The translations under genes were made by a program, and so were the position numbers. Below, one piece after another: positions 53,429 through 64,000 of a stretch of DNA of 64,000 nucleotides (position 1 is the stretch's first letter; each line of letters opens with the position of its first letter). This DNA comes from Candidatus Obscuribacteraceae bacterium (GTDB lineage: Bacteria; Cyanobacteriota; Vampirovibrionia; Obscuribacterales; Obscuribacteraceae): contig JBGAHS010000003.1 in the NCBI GenBank assembly GCA_044226015.1, positions 512,001 to 576,000 on the forward strand, in the 5' to 3' direction. The notes beneath the pieces were generated by a model. That model had not been told where the DNA came from. It searched no databases and was given only the letters and a program-made list of their open reading frames with translations.

Positions 53429-54004
53429 ATGAGCATTATCAATCGGGTTTACGTCGATGATCTAATCGATACCTATTTCGAGATGGGCTGCAATGCGCTT
53501 GAACAAAAGCAATATGCTATTGCTCAAAAAATGTTCAAAGCTGTATTCGACGAGCCGAGTTCAAAAGTTCAAAAGGAAAGGCTGATGCTTCCTCTCCTCA
53601 TTAAATCGGCAGAGGCGCATGAAGGGCTTAAACAGCTGTATAAGGCGAAACTCCTATACATTCGAGCCCTCGCACAGCGAAAGAAGCTAATGCTTGCTGA
53701 TGATATGCAAGCTGTAGAAATACTGCTGCGCCTGGCTCATCTAACTGCCAGACAGGGTCTATACAAGCAAGCCCTCGACTTCGCCCTGGAAGGTTTCGAA
53801 ATTTATCGTCGATGCATGGACAAAGATGCAATTGAATTTGTAAAAGCACTACGCCCTGTAGAAAACATCATGATGCTCAAGGGGCGAGCCGTTGAGCGCG
53901 AAAAGCTGCTTGGTGTTCTTCAGTGTGTTAAGAACGAAGCCCTGCAAAGTATTCCTAACATTCCTGGCTTTGTTCCAAGCCTTCCAGTAGCTGTTTCAAT
54001 GTAA
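53429..54004 (+). CDS. TPR-like protein
   Basis: Helical repeats (AKLLYIRAL, QGLYKQALDF). Confidence 0.7.
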   Translation: MSIINRVYVDDLIDTYFEMGCNALEQKQYAIAQKMFKAVFDEPSSKVQKERLMLPLLIKSAEAHEGLKQLYKAKLLYIRALAQRKKLMLADDMQAVEILLRLAHLTARQGLYKQALDFALEGFEIYRRCMDKDAIEFVKALRPVENIMMLKGRAVEREKLLGVLQCVKNEALQSIPNIPGFVPSLPVAVSM

Positions 54005-54076
54005 TCAAAAGTACTTGAATCGACCGATGATATGGGTGAAAATTGCTTACTTCCCCATTTCAAAGGTCTTTTCATC

Positions 54077-54622
54077 ATGCGCAGTCAGTTACTGATCACA
54101 TCAATCGGTGAGGATCGTCCCGGAATAGTGGCTCACATTACCGAGGTATTTGTCGCTCACGGAGCAAACCTAGAAGAGAGCCGAATGGCGATTCTTGGGG
54201 GCGATTTCGCAGCAATTATGCTAGTTAGCATACCTTCCGAAAAAGTTCCTGGGCTGGAAAAAAACCTTGCTAAGTTGCAGAGTGAAGGAATTTCGGTTAC
54301 TTGTCGCAACACCGAGGCGCATGATGCATCAAAGTTCAAGAATTACGCCACTTGCGAAATACTGCTGAAAGGCGCTGACCATGAGGGAATTGTTCACTCA
54401 GTGTCATCACGATTGAAAGAATTGAAGATTAATATCCAGAGCGTTGAAACGATGCTTGTTCATGCGCCTGTCACAGGCTCACCTTTGTTTCAACTCAAGG
54501 CTCTGATTCAAGTACCACCCTCGATTTCGCAGAAAGAACTTGAGAACATTTTGGATAAGATTGCTGAGCAAGAGACGGTCGATATCGATCTTAAGCCGGT
54601 AAAGGACAGCGTTCCTGCATAA
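54077..54622 (+). CDS. GcvR-like double ACT domain protein
   Basis: IGEDRPGIV, NLEESRMAILGGDF, GADHEGIV, APVTGSPLF. Confidence 0.88.
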   Translation: MRSQLLITSIGEDRPGIVAHITEVFVAHGANLEESRMAILGGDFAAIMLVSIPSEKVPGLEKNLAKLQSEGISVTCRNTEAHDASKFKNYATCEILLKGADHEGIVHSVSSRLKELKINIQSVETMLVHAPVTGSPLFQLKALIQVPPSISQKELENILDKIAEQETVDIDLKPVKDSVPA

Positions 54623-54684
54623 TTGAACTGTCACAGTTCGCGATTCAGCGGGTAATATTAGGCAAGTAATGGAGCCTTGCTGCA

Positions 54685-56022
54685 ATGCAACTTGCTGGTG
54701 AACTCTCAAAAATGAATCTCGCAAGCCTCATCAGGCTTGTGAGAAATGGCGAGCTTACTGGTAAAATTTGTATTGCTCAGGGTGTGAATTCCGCCTTCAT
54801 TTTCTTTGAAAACGGGCAACCGATTCATGTGGAATCTGACCGTGGCATTGGAAGGCGCGCTTTATTGGAGCTTTTCGCCTGGCAGACAGGTACGTTTTCG
54901 TACGTTGAATGTGATGTTAGCGAGCAAGCACATTCAATGGCATCCGATGAGCCTCTGGAAAAACTTCTCAAGGAAGGGCTTGCGTTCCAAGACTCATTGC
55001 GCTACCTCGAGCAGTTGAGAGTAAATGCGCGAACCATTTTTCGCCAATCACGCAGTGAAAAAAGTGACGCATTTCTTTCTTGTTTCGACGGAACGAATTC
55101 GCTGGCAGACGTGGTGAGAATACTCAGCCTGAGCAGGAGCGAGTACGTCCCTCTTCTTCACAAAGCACTTGTGGACGGAAAACTAGTTGTAAGTGAAACA
55201 GCTCAGAAAGCGGGTGAAATCAAACTTCCTGATTGGGTTATTTTGAGACTAAAGCAAGAGAATCTTGATGTTTCACAAGCAATTGTCGACCTCGTGGTTT
55301 GGGCTGACCGAGTCAAATGCTGGCTCTATCAGGCTGATGTTGATATGCATCGCATAATCACAAAATTTGATGAGGGTGAAGAGCAAAACGAGCCAGAGAC
55401 CCGAGAGGACAATTCAAACTCACAAGATTATACTCAAGCTGCATACGAAGCCGAAGAGGCAGCTGAGTATCCGCATACTGAGCCGACCGAGCCAACTTTC
55501 GAGCAGAGAAGCTCCGGAGATTTTTCCGACCAGCCATGGAATATACCACCTGGACAGTCTGATGCATTTTTAGAAGACAACACCGAGCAACCGTGGTCCG
55601 AGCCTCCGCCGGAGCTATCTGGCGCATTGCCGCATGCCGCTCCGTTGCACCCGTCGCAAGCTTGGTTCGACAGCGTTTCAGAACTAGACGATCCGGTCCC
55701 TGTGCCAGTGCAAGACCCTCCATCGCAAATTCAAGACACAGTTGAATCCGGCTTACAGCCTAGACAGAATTCGGCTGCCGTTCATGCCAAAATTCCTTTG
55801 CGAGGAGATTCGTCAAGCGCGATACCTTCGCTGAGAAATTCAATGCCGGTAAAAATTCCGCTACGGGGATCTGAGCAAACAGCGAGTCCACCACTGCCAA
55901 AACCTCCTTCAAGACCGCAGGCTCCAGTTCCGCCGAGCAAGCCAACACCGCCCAATCGACCCGATAGAACCAAGCCCTCTGCGCCAGCAAAAGTTGCGCA
56001 GCCACCTAGCTATGATTTTTAA
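54685..56022 (+). CDS. DUF4388/PatA_N-like domain protein with Pro-rich tail
   Basis: LAGELSKMNLASLI...TG...IFFENG...FAWQTGTFSY. Confidence 0.75.
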   Translation: MQLAGELSKMNLASLIRLVRNGELTGKICIAQGVNSAFIFFENGQPIHVESDRGIGRRALLELFAWQTGTFSYVECDVSEQAHSMASDEPLEKLLKEGLAFQDSLRYLEQLRVNARTIFRQSRSEKSDAFLSCFDGTNSLADVVRILSLSRSEYVPLLHKALVDGKLVVSETAQKAGEIKLPDWVILRLKQENLDVSQAIVDLVVWADRVKCWLYQADVDMHRIITKFDEGEEQNEPETREDNSNSQDYTQAAYEAEEAAEYPHTEPTEPTFEQRSSGDFSDQPWNIPPGQSDAFLEDNTEQPWSEPPPELSGALPHAAPLHPSQAWFDSVSELDDPVPVPVQDPPSQIQDTVESGLQPRQNSAAVHAKIPLRGDSSSAIPSLRNSMPVKIPLRGSEQTASPPLPKPPSRPQAPVPPSKPTPPNRPDRTKPSAPAKVAQPPSYDF

Positions 56023-56822
56023 GCCTTCGCCACAGCGTCAACCAGATTTCTGACTTTTCCGATATCAACTGGGTTTTCCAAAATACCCTGGCGTTTTACA
56101 GAACTGGCAACGATAATTCCATTCGCGATGTTTAGTAGCTCTGCAACATTGTCCTTGTTGCTTCCGCTTCCCACTAAGATTGGCGTAGATGGAAGAGTTT
56201 CGCGAACAGCTTGAATGTCAGCGAGGTTTGGCGCAGCGCCAGTCGCCTGCCCGGTTACGATAATCGCATCTGCGAGTGCTCGTTTTACTGTATCGGCAGC
56301 TTGCATTTTGATATCAGACCACTGTCCTAGCGGGACGGCGTGCTTGACCATGACGTCCGCGAAGACTTTCACTTTCTTTTCTAGCCCGAGCTGCCTGCGA
56401 TAGAGCATGAGTTCATGAGCTTCGCCTTCAATGATGCCCTGGTCGCACAACATTGCACCGCTGAGAACATTTACTCGAATAAACTGAGCATCTACAACTC
56501 CCGCAATTGCTAAGGCAGTTCTCGCATCATTCCTCAAGACATTGATTCCCAGGGGCAGTCCTGAGATTGCTTTTACTCTTTGCGCTGCGATAGTCATTGC
56601 GCAGGCTGTCGAAGTGTCGACACGTCCTTTGGTAAACGGTACATCAAAGAAGTTCTCAATAATGATGCCGTTGACTCCGCCGCTAGCAAGCGATGCTGCT
56701 TCCTGTTCTGCTCGCTCGAATGCTATGTCCAGCTGTCCGTTGAAGCCAGGCGAACCCGGCATCGCGAGAAGGTGAATTACTCCAATGACTGGTTTCTTGG
56801 CGCCAAAAAGTTCTTCGATCAT
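56019..56822 (-). CDS. BtpA/SgcQ family TIM-barrel protein
   Basis: IGVIHL, ENFFDVPF, GINVLRND, FIRVNV, ADVMVKH, IVTGQATG. Confidence 0.92.
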   Translation of the reverse strand: MIEELFGAKKPVIGVIHLLAMPGSPGFNGQLDIAFERAEQEAASLASGGVNGIIIENFFDVPFTKGRVDTSTACAMTIAAQRVKAISGLPLGINVLRNDARTALAIAGVVDAQFIRVNVLSGAMLCDQGIIEGEAHELMLYRRQLGLEKKVKVFADVMVKHAVPLGQWSDIKMQAADTVKRALADAIIVTGQATGAAPNLADIQAVRETLPSTPILVGSGSNKDNVAELLNIANGIIVASSVKRQGILENPVDIGKVRNLVDAVAKA

Positions 56823-56940
56823 GTTAAAACCCTCAAGGTATGCAGCATACCAGGCAGCACATCGCTTGACCATTGCTTCTGGCTTATGTAAAGATCATCG
56901 GCTATCACGAAAGCGAATACTGGCAACAGGAAGAAAAGAC

Positions 56941-58047
56941 ATGTCGAAAATGGCTCTGGTCCACAAGGAAGAGTTTCAACGTCACTTGACCCCCGAATCT
57001 CATCCGGAATCACCTCAGCGTCTAAAAGCCATTGACGAAGCTTTGCATCGCTCTGAGTTGCTGCAGTCAATGCCTCGCATCGAGCCGGTAGCTGCAAATG
57101 CTACTGAGCTGGCTTCGGTTCACACGGCAGCTTACATCGATGAGCTTGAAACAAAGGGCGAGCAGGCGCAAAAGAACGGAACATTGCTTCGCCTTGACCC
57201 GGACACATGGATGAGCGCCGAGTCTTATTACACCGCAAAACTGGCGGCAGGTGCTGGGCTAGAAGCGGTTCGCGGAGTTCTGAAAGCCGGGTACAACCGC
57301 GCCTTTGTTGTCGTACGTCCCCCCGGGCACCATGCGCTTCCGGACGCTCCAATGGGATTTTGTCTTTTCAACAACGTAGCGATTGCAGCCAGACAAGCGC
57401 AAAAACAGTTCGGCTTGAAACGAGTGATGATCATCGACTGGGACGTGCATCATGGAAATGGCACACAAGACATGTTTTATGATGACCCTTCTGTGCTGTT
57501 TGTGTCATTCCACCAGTTTCCTTTCTGGCCGCCTGACCTTGGCTGGTATACACAGGATGGCAACGGTGAGGGAAAGGGCTACAACCTCAACATTCCGTTG
57601 CCCGCCGGCACAGGCGACCGAGGTTATTTGCACGCTTGGGATCAGCTAGTTAAACCAGTCTGCCAGGAATTTGCGCCCGAACTTATTTTGCTGTCTGCTG
57701 GTTATGATGCGCACCAGGCCGACCCACTTGGCCAGCAGCAAATTTCTACCCGGGGTTATTTCATGCTCGCTAACCGTTTGGCAGATCTGGCTGAGTCAGT
57801 AAATGCACCAATTATCGGTTTTCTCGAAGGTGGATATAACACTAGAAGCCTCGCTGATTCCGTTGTTGCCACAGTTAAAGTGCTCAATTCGCAATCTGTT
57901 GCTGAAAGGGAGAACATTCAAGCCTTCGCCGGAATTTATGGCGCTGAAGTTAGCCCCGCAACAAAAGACAGAAATAGCCAGATGGTGGACGAGAGAATCA
58001 ACGACATAAAACGGCACTTCGCGAAATACTGGAGTTGCTATCGCTGA
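56941..58047 (+). CDS. histone deacetylase family protein
   Basis: HPESPQRL, RPPGHHA, MGFCLFNN, DWDVHHGNGTQ, SAGYDAH, LEGGY. Confidence 0.95.
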   Translation: MSKMALVHKEEFQRHLTPESHPESPQRLKAIDEALHRSELLQSMPRIEPVAANATELASVHTAAYIDELETKGEQAQKNGTLLRLDPDTWMSAESYYTAKLAAGAGLEAVRGVLKAGYNRAFVVVRPPGHHALPDAPMGFCLFNNVAIAARQAQKQFGLKRVMIIDWDVHHGNGTQDMFYDDPSVLFVSFHQFPFWPPDLGWYTQDGNGEGKGYNLNIPLPAGTGDRGYLHAWDQLVKPVCQEFAPELILLSAGYDAHQADPLGQQQISTRGYFMLANRLADLAESVNAPIIGFLEGGYNTRSLADSVVATVKVLNSQSVAERENIQAFAGIYGAEVSPATKDRNSQMVDERINDIKRHFAKYWSCYR

Positions 58048-58345
58048 GCAATCCAACCTGAGATTGTCCAAAAAAGCAATGCGCAAAAACCTATCGGTCG
58101 ATCCAGGTCGAATAGTCAGTTCAACTTTCCCGAACTGAAAAGCTTGGTGCGTTTCCAATCCTTGAACAGATGGATCGCAGAGAGAGATTCCGCCCAACAC
58201 GCTAGCACACCATCACGAATCTTATCGACTAACGCTAATGTTGCCGCTAACCCTTAGGATTGTCGGCAACCGCAAAAGCATGACCTGCTTTAATCTACAA
58301 GAACATTAACGTGAACACATGTGTTCACAGTTGCCAAGTTTCACG

Positions 58346-61300
58346 CTAGAAAGTACCAGCTAGTACAGTGAGCATTCGCTCTGGATGCAAGTACTTTTGG
58401 ATGACTTGATCCACATCGGTTTTCCGGACAGAAAGAAGCCGTTCAACATGGCGATCAACTCCCTCGACACCCAGACCAATAACTTCAAACCGGGTGAGAA
58501 CTCTGGCAATAGCCATGGAAGATCTCATGGACACGGTAAAGAGTCCGGCCGCGCCAGTAGCTTCGCGCTGAAGTTCATCGTTGCTAATTCCAGTTTTCTT
58601 GTAATTATTGAGGACCTCTGACACAAGAGAAAGGGCTCGGCTAGCATTCTGCGGATTCACACTGAGTGAAACTGTCCAGGGTGCAGCACCATGAACATTG
58701 TCTCCAAGTCCAGAATAAATGCCGTAGGTCAATCCATTTTCTTCGCGCACACATTTGCCCAGGCGCGCAATAATCGTGTCGCCCCCCAGCGCCAGATTCG
58801 CCAGATGCAAGGGATAGAATTCAGCATCTTTGCGTTTTATTGGCAGGGGATATCCCATCAAAATATCCATGCTCGATTTATCTGGCATCCTGATTTCAAT
58901 ACGCTTTCCTTCAGCTGGCATATCGACAGGTGGAATTGAAATTTCCCTTGGAACTGGTCCTCTCCAATTGCCAAAAGTATTCTCAACATTTTCGAAAGCG
59001 GTATCGAATTCAATATCACCAACCACAGTAACAATTGCTCTAGCCGGGCTGTAAATTTCATGGAAAGAGCGCAAGTCTGATTGAGTTAACAATTGCATTT
59101 GAGCCGACTGCTCATCAAACTCAATCTGATGAAAAAGATGTCCATCAGGATAAAGCTCACGGTAAAGCCGATTCATCGCCATTGGACCAGTGTTGTTTTT
59201 CTGCTCCAGAATTCTCGCACTCCACTCTTGCTTCAATCTGTGCAATTCTGAATCCAGAAACAATGGTGTCCTCAAAACACGTGAAAGCAGTTGGAGATAA
59301 GTGCCAAAGTCTTCTTTTACAACAGTGTTTCCAAGGCTAGCCGCAAAGGCATCAGTATGTAAGTTGAGCCCCTCAGTCAACCCCAAATCCTTCAACGTAA
59401 ATGCGAGCTGCTCTTTGCTCAGCCCTTCAGATCCACGAGTCAACATTTCAGATACAACGTCGGCAACACCGTGTCTGTCCACAGGCTCAAAATAATTCCC
59501 AGCCGGAACATACATAGAAACTGCTATCGAACCCGTTCCAGGATTGTTCATGTAAATGAACCGCAAACCATTTTCTAGCTGGCGACTTTGCACTTGGGAC
59601 GAAAAGCTCGCCTTCTTAACAGCTTTTGCTGGCGATAGAATTTTGTCCAGCTCCTTGGCACTGAGAATCGGGACCTTTTTCTTTTTAGGAGCCTTGCCAC
59701 TGCTAACCGTTGCTTCTAACTCTTCTTCCTCTGAAGAATCAGCTCCGTGCTCGTGCTCGTCGTCATCACAACAATGTTCTTCTTCCAAAGAAGAAGGAAA
59801 GAAGCAACCAACAGTGCGATTTTCTTTTACCAGATAGTCGCTACTTACGCGACGTATGTCTTCCGGAGTGACGGCTTCAAACTTCTCATCGAACTCAGCT
59901 AACCATCGCCAGGTGTCGCGCGACTCAGCTTCACCCAAAGCAAAAGCCAATTCCATTTGGTCCGCTCTTGCGAGAATGCTTCCTTTACGGTTAGCGCTTC
60001 TTATCGGAGCCAACTCATCATCACCAACTAACTCTGTCTGAAGCTTTTCGAGCTCTCCAAGAATTATTTTTTCGACTTCAGCAGGCTCAGCATCTTGAGT
60101 CAAGGTAGCGGCAATGATCATCAAAGCGGGATCTCGGAGCTCATCATGGCGACAAGCAACATCCATTGTGAGTCCAGTATCCATAAGCGCCGTGTACAGA
60201 CGACTTCCTTTGTCGTGCGAACCTCCGAGAAGATGCGATACAACATTAATCGCATAATGATCCGCATGACTAGATGCAGGCGTTCTATGCCCAATCCAAA
60301 CTCGCTTAAGGTCACCGACTCGACTAACTTTGTATCTGCGCTCTCCTTCTTGCGAAGGTTCGCGAGTGTAGACTTCTGGTATCGGATGCGGTGAACCTGG
60401 AATCTTTCCGTAATATTTTTCCATCAGCTTCAAGGTCTTGTCGGTATCAAAGTCTCCGACAATGAGCACTGAGCAGTTATTAGGCCAATAGAAAACGTCA
60501 TAGAATGCTTTCAGACGCTCCATAGGAATGTTCTCTACATCAGACCGCCAGCCAATCGTTGGGTGATGATAGGGGTGCTCTCTGTAAGCAATAGCGTACA
60601 TCTCTTTTTCCATTGCTTCATCTGGACTATTTTCACCTCGCTCAAGCTCGTTTCGCACAACGGACATTTCAGCATCGCGATCACTTTCGCGCAGTTGCAA
60701 ATTACGCATGCGGTCAGCTTCTATCTTTATGCAAAACTCCAAATATTGAGCAGGTACAGCTTCGAAATAATTGGTTCTATCAAACCAGGTCGTTGCATTT
60801 GAAACTGCTCCGATACGATTAAGCAACTCGGTAGAATCGAGCCCATTTAGCGGGTCAAATTTCTTTGTCCCCTTGAACATCATATGCTCAAGGAAATGAG
60901 TTGCACCGGTGTGACCGACACCCTCGTCGCGACTACCAACCCGGAACAATTGCATGTACGTCACAACGGGTGCTGAATGATTCGGGGCCAAAATGACTTT
61001 CAATCCGTTAGCCAGACGGTACTCAGTCACACCCATTTGAGAGGCGCCAACCTGACTGATGGCCGGCACACTTTTCTTTGAACTTCTACTGGCCGTTTTT
61101 TTAGTAAGACCAGAAGCAGATTTTTGACCTTTTTTAGAGGTCTTTTTGCTATCGAATTTAGCGACAGATTTCTTCGCGCTGACCTTTTTGGAACTGGACT
61201 TTTTGCCAGCCTCTTTAGATGCAAGCTTTCGCGTCGTTGATTTTTTTGCTGACGTCTTCTTGCTTGCTACTTTTTTGATAGCTTTGGAATTTTGCTTCGC

Positions 61301-61684
61301 TGCTGTTTTCTTGCTGGTCGACTTTTTACCGGTCGCTTTTTTGCTCGATGTTTTGGACTGAGCAAGCTTCTTATTAGCAGTCTTTTTAGCAGACAATCCT
61401 GATTTTTTTGCTTTGGCTTTCGGAGTAGTTTTCTTCTCAATCTTTTTTGCAACAGCTTTTGCTGCTGATTTTTTTACGGTCTTCTTGGACTCACGTTTTT
61501 TGGCAACAGGTTTGCTAGCTGTTTTTTTGCTTGCCGCTTTCTTGCTCGATACCTTTTTTGAGCCTGCTGCTTTATCGCTTTTTGCTTTTGTCGTTGCTTT
61601 CTTTCCAACAGATGAAGCTTTAGACGGCTTCTTCTTAGCGCTTTCTTTTTCCACTTTGCTGGATTTCTTTTTGTTTGTCTTCAT
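58346..61684 (-). CDS. M16 (pitrilysin-like) zinc peptidase with about 205-aa Lys-rich N-terminal extension
   Basis: LANGL, GATHFLEHMMFKGT (HXXEH), NATTWFDRTNY, second M16 module ENGLTYGIYS. Confidence 0.92.
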   Translation of the reverse strand: MKTNKKKSSKVEKESAKKKPSKASSVGKKATTKAKSDKAAGSKKVSSKKAASKKTASKPVAKKRESKKTVKKSAAKAVAKKIEKKTTPKAKAKKSGLSAKKTANKKLAQSKTSSKKATGKKSTSKKTAAKQNSKAIKKVASKKTSAKKSTTRKLASKEAGKKSSSKKVSAKKSVAKFDSKKTSKKGQKSASGLTKKTASRSSKKSVPAISQVGASQMGVTEYRLANGLKVILAPNHSAPVVTYMQLFRVGSRDEGVGHTGATHFLEHMMFKGTKKFDPLNGLDSTELLNRIGAVSNATTWFDRTNYFEAVPAQYLEFCIKIEADRMRNLQLRESDRDAEMSVVRNELERGENSPDEAMEKEMYAIAYREHPYHHPTIGWRSDVENIPMERLKAFYDVFYWPNNCSVLIVGDFDTDKTLKLMEKYYGKIPGSPHPIPEVYTREPSQEGERRYKVSRVGDLKRVWIGHRTPASSHADHYAINVVSHLLGGSHDKGSRLYTALMDTGLTMDVACRHDELRDPALMIIAATLTQDAEPAEVEKIILGELEKLQTELVGDDELAPIRSANRKGSILARADQMELAFALGEAESRDTWRWLAEFDEKFEAVTPEDIRRVSSDYLVKENRTVGCFFPSSLEEEHCCDDDEHEHGADSSEEEELEATVSSGKAPKKKKVPILSAKELDKILSPAKAVKKASFSSQVQSRQLENGLRFIYMNNPGTGSIAVSMYVPAGNYFEPVDRHGVADVVSEMLTRGSEGLSKEQLAFTLKDLGLTEGLNLHTDAFAASLGNTVVKEDFGTYLQLLSRVLRTPLFLDSELHRLKQEWSARILEQKNNTGPMAMNRLYRELYPDGHLFHQIEFDEQSAQMQLLTQSDLRSFHEIYSPARAIVTVVGDIEFDTAFENVENTFGNWRGPVPREISIPPVDMPAEGKRIEIRMPDKSSMDILMGYPLPIKRKDAEFYPLHLANLALGGDTIIARLGKCVREENGLTYGIYSGLGDNVHGAAPWTVSLSVNPQNASRALSLVSEVLNNYKKTGISNDELQREATGAAGLFTVSMRSSMAIARVLTRFEVIGLGVEGVDRHVERLLSVRKTDVDQVIQKYLHPERMLTVLAGTF

Positions 61685-61701
61685 ATCAACCTCAAGGGAA
61701 A

Positions 61702-64000
61702 TTACTTAATTTTGGAAAGCGTTCCAGCCAGAACAGTTAGAGAGTTTGCAGGGCTTATGTATCTATGAAAAGCCTCTTCCACATCCTTCTTTTTCACAGC
61801 CATAAATTCATCTGCGATTCGGTCCATTGCTCCGATACCAAGACCTATGTATTCGAATCGGGTGAGAGCAGCGGCAATACCATCAGAACTTCTGAGGGAA
61901 ACAAGGAATGACCCTACTGCCCTTCCGGCTTCATCTTCGAGTTCTTCTTTGGATATTCCAGTCTTGATATAGTCTGTTAGAACTTCGTCAACCAATTGCA
62001 GAGCTTTGCTAACGTTTGCAGGATTCACAGAGAGACTGATCATCCAGGGAGTGCCACCGAATGAAGTGTCATCAAAGTAGCTGTATATTCCGTAAGTCAA
62101 ACCATGTTTTACTCGCAAGACTTTACCAAGCCTGGCGGAGATAGTGTCTTTGCCTAATGCAGCGTTTGCCAGTTGAGCGGCAAAAAAATCAGAGTTCTTG
62201 CGAGAAAGATTGGTGGTGTGCCCAATCAAGATGTCGACATTCGCTTTGTCATCCAAGTTGATCTCGACTTTTCGTTTCCCTTCGACCAGTGGCACATTGT
62301 CCACATGAATTTGTTTCACTTCGCTTCCGGTCCAGGAAGAAAAATTCTGAGTTAAAAGCTCTGTTGCATCTTCAACGGAAATGTCACCCACTACTGAAAT
62401 AACCGTGCCCGAAGGCGTGTAATGAGCAGAGTGAAAACTCTTCAAATGGTCAGTGTTGATATGCTCGAGTTCTTTCAATCTGTCCTCATAACTGGGCTCG
62501 TAAAATGGATGCCCTTGAGGATAGAGATTTTGCATCAGTGCGTTGCTCGCCCGACGCCCAGTGTCATTCATTCCACGAGTTAAGCCAGCTCGCATTTCTT
62601 TTTGCACGAGGGCAAACTCTTCTTCAGGAAACAATGGATTGCAAATCAGGTCGCGTATGACCGGCACCAATTTTGCAAAATCTTCTTTAGTGACTAGCGC
62701 ACCGAAGCCCACCTTGAAGCGATCTGCGCCAAAGCCAAATCTAATGCCCATCTCCTCAAGGGTTTGGGCCAGTGCTTGTTTTGAATAGTTCTGCGAACCT
62801 CGTGTAAGCATCGTCGCAGTGAGAGTTGAGAGCAGAGATTGTTCGTGCGAGGTAAAATAATCACCCGATGGAATTGCTCCATTAATGGCTACAGATCCAG
62901 TGCCTGGATTTTGAAGCAGCAGCAAAGTGAGTCCATTATCTAGAACTCGCTTAACGACCTTTTCCTCAAACTTCGATTCACTTGCGCCAGGCTTTGCTAT
63001 TTGAAGACGGTGTTTCTTGGGCGAAGCCTTCTTTGGCTTCGCCATTTTCTTTCCAGACTTCAATGGTTCATTGCCAGGTGGCATTGAGTCATAGTCCACT
63101 TCAAAGAGGGGTTTCTTTGCAGCAACATTTTTTTCAGATGGCAGAAAATGCCCAACTGTACGATTAGATTCATCAAAATAGGTTTTTGCAACACGCTGAA
63201 CATCTGCCGCACTGACTTTGTCGTAAAGATCATCATATTCAACCAGCCATTTCCAGGTCGCTACAGACTCTGCACCACAAAGCATGTTTGCAAAGGTTTG
63301 CGGATCTGCGCTACCAAGGACGGTGCCTTTTCGGTTAGCCGCTTTGACTCTGTGCAGCTCTTCGTCCTGAACTGGCTCTTCAGCGAGGCGTTTGATTTCA
63401 GCATAAATTGCCGCTTCAACTTCGCCAAAGGAATGACCCGGAGCAAGAGTGGCTCCGATGGTGAAAAGAAATGGGTCACGAAATTCGCCATTGCTGCAAT
63501 AAGCTGAACTAGCCAAACCTTTTTCCAGCAAAGCCTTGTGCAAGCGGCTAGAGCGCTTACCTGTATCACCCAAGATGGCATGCATGACAGAAAGCGCATA
63601 GGTGTCTGGATGCAGCGCCTCTGGAGTGTGGTAAGCGATGAGCAATTGAGGCAAATCTCCAGCCCTACGCAGTTCCACTCGCCTTTCACCTTCCTGTGGA
63701 GGCTCAAAGGTATAGACTTCAGGAATTGCATGCTTCGAAGCTGGAATTTTTCCAAATTCAGCATGAATCATCTTCAGCGTCTGCTCAGCATTGAAGTCAC
63801 CTACAACGATTACTGTTGCGTTGTTTGGCCAGTAATATGTGTCATAAAATTCCTTCAGCTTCTCGAGCGGTACGCGCTCAACATCAGACCGCCATCCAAT
63901 CGTCGGATGGTGATAAGGGTGCTCGCGAAATGCAAGTGCACTGACTTCCTTTGAAAGAGCGCTGCCCGGGCTATTTTCCCCGCGCTCAAACTCATTGCGA
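61702..64000 (-). CDS. M16 zinc peptidase paralog (N-terminus beyond the window)
   Basis: Frame stays open past 63771 to the edge (RNEFERGENSPG...REHPYHHPTIGWRSDVE); colinear with the downstream paralog. Confidence 0.9.
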   Translation of the reverse strand, partial: RNEFERGENSPGSALSKEVSALAFREHPYHHPTIGWRSDVERVPLEKLKEFYDTYYWPNNATVIVVGDFNAEQTLKMIHAEFGKIPASKHAIPEVYTFEPPQEGERRVELRRAGDLPQLLIAYHTPEALHPDTYALSVMHAILGDTGKRSSRLHKALLEKGLASSAYCSNGEFRDPFLFTIGATLAPGHSFGEVEAAIYAEIKRLAEEPVQDEELHRVKAANRKGTVLGSADPQTFANMLCGAESVATWKWLVEYDDLYDKVSAADVQRVAKTYFDESNRTVGHFLPSEKNVAAKKPLFEVDYDSMPPGNEPLKSGKKMAKPKKASPKKHRLQIAKPGASESKFEEKVVKRVLDNGLTLLLLQNPGTGSVAINGAIPSGDYFTSHEQSLLSTLTATMLTRGSQNYSKQALAQTLEEMGIRFGFGADRFKVGFGALVTKEDFAKLVPVIRDLICNPLFPEEEFALVQKEMRAGLTRGMNDTGRRASNALMQNLYPQGHPFYEPSYEDRLKELEHINTDHLKSFHSAHYTPSGTVISVVGDISVEDATELLTQNFSSWTGSEVKQIHVDNVPLVEGKRKVEINLDDKANVDILIGHTTNLSRKNSDFFAAQLANAALGKDTISARLGKVLRVKHGLTYGIYSYFDDTSFGGTPWMISLSVNPANVSKALQLVDEVLTDYIKTGISKEELEDEAGRAVGSFLVSLRSSDGIAAALTRFEYIGLGIGAMDRIADEFMAVKKKDVEEAFHRYISPANSLTVLAGTLSKIK

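Overview
A gene-dense bacterial chromosomal window, roughly 50% GC by eye, with no rRNA, tRNA, CRISPR array, transposase or integrase that I can support. The repertoire (AMIN-TPR, PatA_N/DUF4388-like, BtpA/SgcQ, class I FbaB, no photosynthesis genes) is compatible with a non-photosynthetic cyanobacterial relative (Melainabacteria/Obscuribacterales-like); this is inference only. Housekeeping genes include deoB, PNP, htpX, RfaE domain II, mce, fbaB, acyl-CoA dehydrogenase, wecB, class II RNR with an NrdR box, dsbD, thioredoxin, beta-CA, pepP, tldD/pmbA, HDAC and two M16 peptidases. The most interesting signals are: (1) a GC-rich three-gene operon (31821-34953) with an intact phage-type metallophosphoesterase, a 5'(3')-deoxyribonucleotidase-like HAD with a DxH motif, and a ligand-less phosphoesterase paralog carrying a histone-H1-like tail, next to a PNKP-type phosphatase and a deaminase; (2) a possibly heteromeric purine nucleoside phosphorylase in which a short partner keeps the RFP loop that the full-length enzyme has lost; (3) two tandem VirB6/TrbL-like membrane paralogs with large low-complexity extensions; (4) a membrane-anchored permuted NlpC/P60-like protein paired with a PlsC-type acyltransferase; (5) several degenerate-motif proteins, including a DnaJ without HPD and two Hpt-REC-REC-GGDEF paralogs. 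All family calls come from motif reading, not database searches.
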